A DNA stretch of 64,000 nucleotides, from NCBI GenBank assembly GCA_964291625.2, contig OZ220089.1:4512001-4576000 (forward strand), written 5' to 3'. The notes below the pieces were generated by a model. That model worked only from the letters and a program-made list of their open reading frames with translations. It ran no database searches and was not told the origin of the DNA. This document shows positions 57,952 through 64,000 of the stretch, piece after piece. Within the stretch, counting starts at the first letter, position 1; each line of letters starts with the position of its first letter. The position numbers and the translations under genes were made by a program. The stretch comes from Candidatus Latescibacterota bacterium (GTDB taxonomy: Bacteria; Latescibacterota; UBA2968; UBA8231).

Positions 57952-58788
57952 TCAGATCGTGGGCCGGACCTTGTCCGCCCCCTCGAAGAGGACCCTGCGC
58001 ACCGCCGCCGTGGCGCGCTCGTGGAACTCGACGGCTACCGGATCGAAGTCCCTTGCGGGCCTCGGCGCATGGGTGAAGTGGCCGTGCCGGTCCTCCCCCC
58101 GCACCAGGGCGGCGCTGTCCCATTCGCCCACCATCTGGCGGGTGCTCGTGGGCATGTAGTGCAGGGACAGGCCGATGCGCCGGTCCGGCGAGAGGTTGGG
58201 GCCCGAGGCGTGGGCAAGCCTCACGTTGTGCAGCGACACCTGGCCCGCCTGCAGGGGCATGGCCACGGTCCGGGCCTCGTCCACCTCGACGGCGATTTCC
58301 TGTCCCCGGGTGAGGAGGTTGTCGGGCTTGTACTCGTCCTTGTGCTGCATCATGTCTCCGCGGTGGCTGCCCGGCAACACGCGCATGCACCCGCTCTCCA
58401 GCGTGGCCGGCGACAGGGCCAGCCAGACGGTGACCAGATCGTTCGTGTCCAGGCCCCAGTAGCGCAGATCCTGGTGCCAGGAGACGAAGCTCTCGCTGCC
58501 GGACTCCTTGATCCAGAAGAGGGTGTTCCAGCACAGCAGGTCTGGCCCGATCAGGTCCTCCACGGCATCGAGGATGGCCGGCAGCCGCATCAGGTCGTCG
58601 ACCCAGCGGAAGAGCAGGTGGGACTTGCTGCGCTGAGCTCCGGAGATCGGCTCGCCCTGGGCGGCCTCGAAGGCCTCCAGGCGGGCCCGATTCTCGGCGG
58701 CTGCCGCCGTCTCCAGAACCTGCACGGGGAAGTAGTACCCGTCGCGGTGGTACTGCTCGACGGCCGCGTCACTCAGGGCTCTGGGCAT
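57952..58788 (-). CDS. Phytanoyl-CoA dioxygenase family protein (canonical HxD)
   Basis: YHRDGY, SWHQD, VTVWLAL, GCMRVLPGSH, HASGPN.S..RR. Confidence 0.92.
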   Translation of the reverse strand: MPRALSDAAVEQYHRDGYYFPVQVLETAAAAENRARLEAFEAAQGEPISGAQRSKSHLLFRWVDDLMRLPAILDAVEDLIGPDLLCWNTLFWIKESGSESFVSWHQDLRYWGLDTNDLVTVWLALSPATLESGCMRVLPGSHRGDMMQHKDEYKPDNLLTRGQEIAVEVDEARTVAMPLQAGQVSLHNVRLAHASGPNLSPDRRIGLSLHYMPTSTRQMVGEWDSAALVRGEDRHGHFTHAPRPARDFDPVAVEFHERATAAVRRVLFEGADKVRPTI

Positions 58789-58953
58789 GACATCTCTCCA
58801 GCTGTGAAGTTGCCCCTTGCAGGGCAGGCGGTGTTGATTCGAAGCGAAGCCCGCTCACGGTACCTGAGCGGCCGATGCAGTACTCTAAGGTGCGCCGCGG
58901 GTCCGTGTGGACGCAAGACGCCGGTCCCGCAGAGACTCGAGGGAGGATAGACG

Positions 58954-60037
58954 ATGCCAGCTGATTCAGATGCAAGGGTTCTCGTGTACGTGGGGACCTA
59001 CAACGAAGATCCCGAGAAAGGGATCTACCACTTCCTCCTCGATCCCGCTTCCGGCTCCCTGGAGCCGGCGGGCCGGACGGCGGGGGTGCCGACGCCGTTC
59101 TTCGTACGGGTCGACGCCGCAGGCCGGCGGCTCTACGCCGCCAACGCCCTCGACGAGTGCGACGGCGTCGGGCAGGGGGCTGTGAGCGCCTTCGACATAG
59201 ATCCTTCGACGGGCGCCCTGAGCTTCCTCGGCCGCCAGCCGTCGGGGGGCACCCTGCCGTGCTACATCGACTTCGACCGCGAGGGGCGGTTCCTGCTGAC
59301 TGGCAACTACAACTCCGGCTCCGTCGCCGTCCTGCCCGTCGAGGCCGGCGGACTCGGCCCTGCGGTGGCGACGGTGCAGCACGAGGGATCGAGCGTCGAC
59401 GAGGAGCGCCAGGAGGGACCGCACGTGCACTGCATGGTTCTGGACCCCAGCGGGCGCTGGGCCCTGGCCGCCGACCTGGGAACCGACGAGGTGAGGGTCT
59501 ACGGGCTCACGGAAGAGGGAGGCCTCAGGCCGGCCGATCCTCCCGCGGCCTCCAGCGCGCCGGGGGCGGGGCCGAGGCATATCGCCTTCCATCCGCGGCG
59601 GTCCGTGGCCTACGTGCTCAACGAGCTGGACACCACTCTCTCGGTCTTCGACTGGGATCCGGAGAAGGGGCGGCTCACCGAGCGGCAGACGGTCTCGGCC
59701 CTGCCCCCCGGATTCGACGGACACAACCACGCCGCCGACGTCAAGATCCTGTCCTCGGGGCGCTTCCTCTACCTCCAACCGCGGCCATGACAGCATCGCC
59801 GTCTTCGCCGTGGACGAGGCCACCGGCTGCGTCGAGATCGTCGGTCACGAACCGGCCCAGGGGAGCTGGCCCTGGAACCTGGGCATCGATCCCACGGCGC
59901 GCTGCCTGCTGGCGGCGAATTTCGAGAGCGACTGCGTGAGCGTGTTCCGCATCGACGGCGACTCGGGGGGGCTCACCCCCACGGGAGTGAGGGCGAGAGT
60001 CCCGAAGCCGGTCTGCGTGACCATGCTCCACGGGTAG
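58954..60037 (+). CDS. 6-phosphogluconolactonase-like 7-bladed lactonase; frameshift near 59773
   Basis: VYVGTY, RQEGPHVH, ADLGTD, GAGPRHIAFHP, YVLNEL; RFLY then one extra c, then SNRGHDSIAVF...AANFESD in the +1 frame. Confidence 0.85.
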
Positions 60038-60067
60038 CCTGGCCGCTCCGGACCGGATCGATCGCCT

Positions 60068-61048
60068 TCACCCGGGGCTCCCGCGGCGGGTGACGACGAC
60101 GTTTCTGCCCATCCCCTTGGCCTCGTACATGGCGGCATCCGCCGAGCCCACGGCTTCCGCGGCGTCGGCCGGCACACCGCTGTAGATCCCGATGGAGACC
60201 GTGCCCTCCGTGCGGTCCTCCACCTCGCTGCGCAGGCGTTCGGCCAGGGCCCTGGCCTTGCCGGGGTCGCCGCCTTCGAGGGCGACGGCGAACTCGTCCG
60301 CACCCCAGCGAACGATGACGTCGGAACGCCGGACCACGCTGCGCAGGACCCTGGCCAGGGCGAGGATGAAGCGGTCCCCGGCCTCGTGTCCGCCCTCGTC
60401 GTTGATCTCCTTGAGGGTGTCGCAGTCCAGGAACAGCAGGGCCAGGGGGCGGTTGGAGCGCCGCGAGGCGGCGACCATCCGGCCAAAGATCTCGTCGAAT
60501 CCCCTCCGGTTGTGCAGGCCGGTGAGGGGGTCCACACGGGAGTCGATCTCCAGTTGCCGGGCTCTGGAGGCGTTGAGTCGGGCCAGGTCCCGGAACATCT
60601 CTTCGGCCACTCCACCCGGGTCCGAAGCCCCGGTGTCCTCCTCCCGGATCCAGAGAATCCGGCGGCAGCCCAGCTGCCTGGAGAGAGCCAGGAGCCGCGA
60701 AGCGGCACGCAGGAGCAGGCGTCCTGTCTCCTCCGCGGGCGTCAGCCAGGCCGGGTCGACGACCACACCGCCCCCGCACAGGCCGTCGGGCAGGGGCTGC
60801 CTCGAGACCCGCTCGACGGAGGGGTTGAGCAGGGCGAAGTTGGACCCGCCGAGGCGGTAGGCGGCCCCGGAAGAAGCCGGGGCCAGGCTCCGGAGACCTG
60901 ATCCTCCGTCATCGTCCCCTTCCAGGGTCTGGATGTGGACCAGCAGAAGGGAGTGGAGGCGGTCTTCGCGCAGGGCCTCGGCCAGGTCGGCCTCGAGCCG
61001 CGAGGCGCCCGGGAGGAGGTTCAAGCGGTGATCCTCTGCTCGCGGCAA
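60068..61048 (-). CDS. GGDEF-domain protein with GADEF variant; start uncertain
   Basis: DPLTGLHNRR, LKEINDEGGHEAGD, RRSD..VRWGADEF, TVSIG, ADAAMYEAKGMGRN. Confidence 0.88.
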   Translation of the reverse strand: MPRAEDHRLNLLPGASRLEADLAEALREDRLHSLLLVHIQTLEGDDDGGSGLRSLAPASSGAAYRLGGSNFALLNPSVERVSRQPLPDGLCGGGVVVDPAWLTPAEETGRLLLRAASRLLALSRQLGCRRILWIREEDTGASDPGGVAEEMFRDLARLNASRARQLEIDSRVDPLTGLHNRRGFDEIFGRMVAASRRSNRPLALLFLDCDTLKEINDEGGHEAGDRFILALARVLRSVVRRSDVIVRWGADEFAVALEGGDPGKARALAERLRSEVEDRTEGTVSIGIYSGVPADAAEAVGSADAAMYEAKGMGRNVVVTRRGSPG

Positions 61049-61163
61049 GGGGGTGGGCCTTCGTCGGCGTGGACGGGCGAGTCTCCGATTGACGGCCCCG
61101 GGAGGATTCCCCTTCCTACCAACGGTGGACCTGGCCGTTCCCCAAAGAGATCAGGAGTCGTCG

Positions 61164-62180
61164 ATGGCATCGAAGACAGGCTTTCGCTGCGGCGTGATCG
61201 GATACGGAGGCGCCTTCAACATGGGGCGCGCCCATCTATCGTCGATGGAGAAGGCAGGCATGGCGGCCGTCGCGGTCTGCGATCTGGACCCCGAGCGCCG
61301 CAAGGCGGCGGAGCAGGACTTTCCGGGGATTTCCACCTATGCCCGTCCTGGAGGCATGCTGCGTCACTCCGACCTCGACCTCGTGGCCATCATCACGCCC
61401 CACAATACCCATGCAAAGCTGGCCCTGCAGGCTCTCGACGCCAAGGTCGGGGCTGTGTGCGAGAAACCGATGGCGGTCACCTCCCGAGAGGTGAAGGCGA
61501 TGCTGGCGGCGGCTCGCCGCAACCGGGTGATGCTCTCCGCCTTCCACAACCGCCGATGGGACGGGGACTACCTGCTCCTGCGGGAATTGATCCAGAAGGA
61601 GAGGATCATCGGCCGGGTCTTCCGCCTGGAAGCCGGGTTCGGAGGCTACGGCCGACAACCGGACTGGTGGCGGGCGGACAGGACGATCTCCGGCGGAGCG
61701 ATCTATGACTGGGGCGCCCACTTTACGGACTGGATCCTGGGACTGGTGAGGGACGATATCGACTGGGTGAGCGGTTACCAGGTGAAGTGTACGGAATGGG
61801 AGGACTATACGAACGAGGACCACTCCGAGTACACCCTCAAGTTCCATGGGGGCTGCCTGGCCCACCTGGTGATCTCCAATCTGGCCATGTCCTCACGGCC
61901 GAAGTGGCGGATCCTCGGCGACCGGGGATCGATCGAAGCGGCGGCCGACGGCGCCTACCTGGTGAAGGCGCTGGTGAATGGCCGCCAGATGGAGACGCGC
62001 CTTACCCCTCCGGCCTCCAATTGGGACGCCTATTACGAGAACGTGAAGCGCCACCTTCAGGGCAGGGCCGCCCTCGCGGTGACCCCGGAGTCGGCGGCGC
62101 GGGTCATCGGTGTGCTGGAGGCGGCCAACCTCTCGGCTAGGCGCAAGGGCGGCATGCCGGTGAGACCGGCCTTCAAGTAG
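61164..62180 (+). CDS. Gfo/Idh/MocA family oxidoreductase
   Basis: IGYGGAF.MG, TPHNTH, CEKPM, FHNRRWDGD, DWGAHFTD. Confidence 0.92.
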   Translation: MASKTGFRCGVIGYGGAFNMGRAHLSSMEKAGMAAVAVCDLDPERRKAAEQDFPGISTYARPGGMLRHSDLDLVAIITPHNTHAKLALQALDAKVGAVCEKPMAVTSREVKAMLAAARRNRVMLSAFHNRRWDGDYLLLRELIQKERIIGRVFRLEAGFGGYGRQPDWWRADRTISGGAIYDWGAHFTDWILGLVRDDIDWVSGYQVKCTEWEDYTNEDHSEYTLKFHGGCLAHLVISNLAMSSRPKWRILGDRGSIEAAADGAYLVKALVNGRQMETRLTPPASNWDAYYENVKRHLQGRAALAVTPESAARVIGVLEAANLSARRKGGMPVRPAFK

Positions 62181-62184
62181 GAGG

Positions 62185-62526
62185 ATGCAAGGCTTGGAGG
62201 AGGTCGACTCTCAGGTCGTTGCCCGGGCCTCCAACCTGATCGGGCTGGGGGCCCGCTCGGGGGCCGTCGTTGTGGGACTATCCGCCGTGCGGAGGACCGG
62301 GGATCTCGCCTTGGTATTCCTGGCGGCTTCCGTATCGGCAAACACCCAGGAGGAGCTCTCCCGCTTGCAGAGAGACGGAGTCCGGGTGGTCCGCTGTCCC
62401 TCCCTGGAGCCCTTGACGGCGGCCATGGGGCGCCAGGATGCATCGGTCGTGGGAGTCCGGACGGGCTCCATGGCCGCGGGGATTATCGCCCGTATGGAGC
62501 CGGAGGCAGGCGCGGCCGGGCGTTAG
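62185..62526 (+). CDS. L7Ae/L30e-family RNA-binding protein (YlxQ-like)
   Basis: NLIGLGARSGAVVVG, LVFLAASVSANT, LTAAMGR...SVVGV...MAAGI. Confidence 0.7.
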   Translation: MQGLEEVDSQVVARASNLIGLGARSGAVVVGLSAVRRTGDLALVFLAASVSANTQEELSRLQRDGVRVVRCPSLEPLTAAMGRQDASVVGVRTGSMAAGIIARMEPEAGAAGR

Positions 62527-62570
62527 CTGGTAGAGCAGATCGAGCCGTCCATGGTTAGGCCCGTACGTAG

Positions 62571-62618
62571 AAAAAGACCCTCGAGGGAGCAGTGACGCTG
62601 TCCCTCGAGGGTCTTTCT
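62571..62618. terminator. Bidirectional intrinsic terminator between convergent genes
   Basis: AAAGACCCTCGAGGGA...TCCCTCGAGGGTCTTT 16-bp inverted repeat with A-run on the left and TTT on the right. Confidence 0.85.
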
Positions 62619-62638
62619 GGTGTTGAACGGCGCGCCTC

Positions 62639-64000
62639 TTAGAAGTGCATCGCGCCCCTTACGTCGACGCGGTTCTCGGCCTGACGGCGGTCGATTCGGC
62701 CCGCGGAGACATCGAGATCCATCATTTCGAAAGCGGTACCTCTCAGGCCTTCGAAGCGGACCCCGAGGCGCATCTGCGAACCAGCCCCGGCGGGGCCGAG
62801 CAGGGCGAAGGGTGTGAGCACAGCCGGCACCGGCTGGAGCCGCATGCCGTAACCGACCTGCGCGTCCATGGACCAGTCATCCCGCGCGGAACCGAGATGG
62901 CCGATCGTCCGGAAGGCATCGTCGCGCAACAGCGCCTGGGCGCCACCGCCGCTGGCACCCCAACTGGGCGCCAAGGCCATGGACAGGCCAAGCCCATCCG
63001 CCCCCGGCGAGTAGCTGGCCATGACGCTGCCGCCGGTCTCGCTGTAAGCGGAGTTCAGAGCCAGGACACGGCCCCGGGCCTCCAGGCGGAAGCGCGACCT
63101 CGGGCACTCGTAGCGGAAGCCGCCCGCGGCTTCGAGACCGCCGCCGGTCTGACCGTCACCACCGTCAAAGCGTCCGCTCAACTCGCCGTAGGGCGTCACC
63201 TTCGCGCAACTGGACATCTGGAAGGTGTGCGCTCCCTCGAGTCCCAGGCGGAAGCGCTGGGCGTCCACGGCCTGGTCGGCGATCACGCCGACGCCTTCGT
63301 CGGTGGAGAGATTCACCGTGCCGGCGTCGCCGCGCAGCGCCACATCCAATCCACCCAGGTTGCCCAGGGACCGTCTTGCGCCCATGATCCCCAGAGCCAT
63401 GAGCAGGTCGTTCTCTTCCGTGGTACCAGAGACGCCGCGCTCATTCTCCACGGTGCCAACACCCAGGCCACCGATGGCCCAGATGTCCACGCCCTTGCTG
63501 GGCGCGACGCGGAGGTAGGGGTAGACGCTCGTGAGAACCGTTGTCAAGGCACCCGACCCGCTGGCGCCCTCACCTTCGAAGTCGTAGTCGGTCTCTCCCA
63601 TGCTGTAGGAGACCGTGGCACCGACCTGGGCGCTTGAGGCCACCCGCTTGTCGGCACCCAGGTAGACCGAGGTCACCGTACCACTGTGGCTGCCGTAGTC
63701 CGGCGTCCCTTCGAATGTGTTGTAATCGCCGAGTCCCCAGATCGTCCAGTTGGGCAGGTTCGGATCGGACCCGCCGCCGGACTCGCCCATGGGAACGGCG
63801 AAGGAGGTGCTGCGCAGGGCCTGCTGCCACGACATCTCGTTCCGCGAGCCCATCGCATACCGCATCTCGTTCTGCAGGCCGAGAGTACCAGCCCCCAGGT
63901 GGGCGGCGCCTCCCTCGCCCAGGAGGGAGGTACCGGCCAGGTTGATCTTCAGACTGGGCCTGGAGGAGAAGCGGGTACCGATTGCCGTCGATACACTGGA
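62639..64000 (-). CDS. Autotransporter beta-barrel domain protein (5'-partial)
   Basis: Frame is open to the window edge; WTIWGLG, YLGAD, LTSVYPY, RFRLGLEG, TPYGELSGRFDGGDG.TGGGLE, terminal Phe. Confidence 0.85.
   Translation of the reverse strand, partial: SSVSTAIGTRFSSRPSLKINLAGTSLLGEGGAAHLGAGTLGLQNEMRYAMGSRNEMSWQQALRSTSFAVPMGESGGGSDPNLPNWTIWGLGDYNTFEGTPDYGSHSGTVTSVYLGADKRVASSAQVGATVSYSMGETDYDFEGEGASGSGALTTVLTSVYPYLRVAPSKGVDIWAIGGLGVGTVENERGVSGTTEENDLLMALGIMGARRSLGNLGGLDVALRGDAGTVNLSTDEGVGVIADQAVDAQRFRLGLEGAHTFQMSSCAKVTPYGELSGRFDGGDGQTGGGLEAAGGFRYECPRSRFRLEARGRVLALNSAYSETGGSVMASYSPGADGLGLSMALAPSWGASGGGAQALLRDDAFRTIGHLGSARDDWSMDAQVGYGMRLQPVPAVLTPFALLGPAGAGSQMRLGVRFEGLRGTAFEMMDLDVSAGRIDRRQAENRVDVRGAMHF

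Noticed and set aside
58851-58871. Hairpin CCGCTCA-CGGTACC-TGAGCGG in a divergent intergenic region
   Set aside because: Short GC-rich dyad without U-tract or riboswitch consensus
62517-62570. tRNA-like fragment GGGCGTTAGCTGGTAGAGCA
   Set aside because: Resembles a D-arm only; no anticodon arm, T-loop or acceptor pairing, and it overlaps the L7Ae stop codon

Overview
Very GC-rich, gene-dense bacterial DNA with about 55 CDS and no rRNA, intact tRNA, IS element or CRISPR array. Three proteins end in an NPFN...WDG.D..G...ASGVY FlgD-Ig/T9SS-like C-terminal domain. The window also has a dockerin-like tag and several PhyH and Gfo/Idh/MocA genes, a sulfatase and a WD40 protein. Together these suggest an FCB-group organism such as Latescibacterota or a relative, possibly host-associated (inference). 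Housekeeping genes include thrS, proS, purA, recQ and an acetolactate synthase. Main hidden features: (1) a complete ribosome-coupled attenuator upstream of thrS-M50-proS, with a sigma70 promoter, a 40-codon leader peptide (12 Thr, 5 Pro, ending DPPG) and mutually exclusive antiterminator/terminator helices; (2) a lipoprotein peroxiredoxin-like selenoprotein split by an in-frame UGA (UxxC) with a SECIS-like hairpin; (3) three PhyH-fold Fe/2OG enzymes carrying HxG/HxA instead of HxD, the halogenase-type signature; (4) a degenerate non-coding tandem repeat array upstream of recQ; (5) a lower-GC defence/TA-like islet (AAA ATPase + DUF4276-like, orphan DUF2442, Fic, truncated HicB); (6) an M60-peptidase/WD40/Ig/dockerin fusion and a secreted diheme cytochrome + GSDH-like pair. 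Three genes are frameshifted, probably by assembly indels. All family assignments come from motif recognition by eye, not from database searches.
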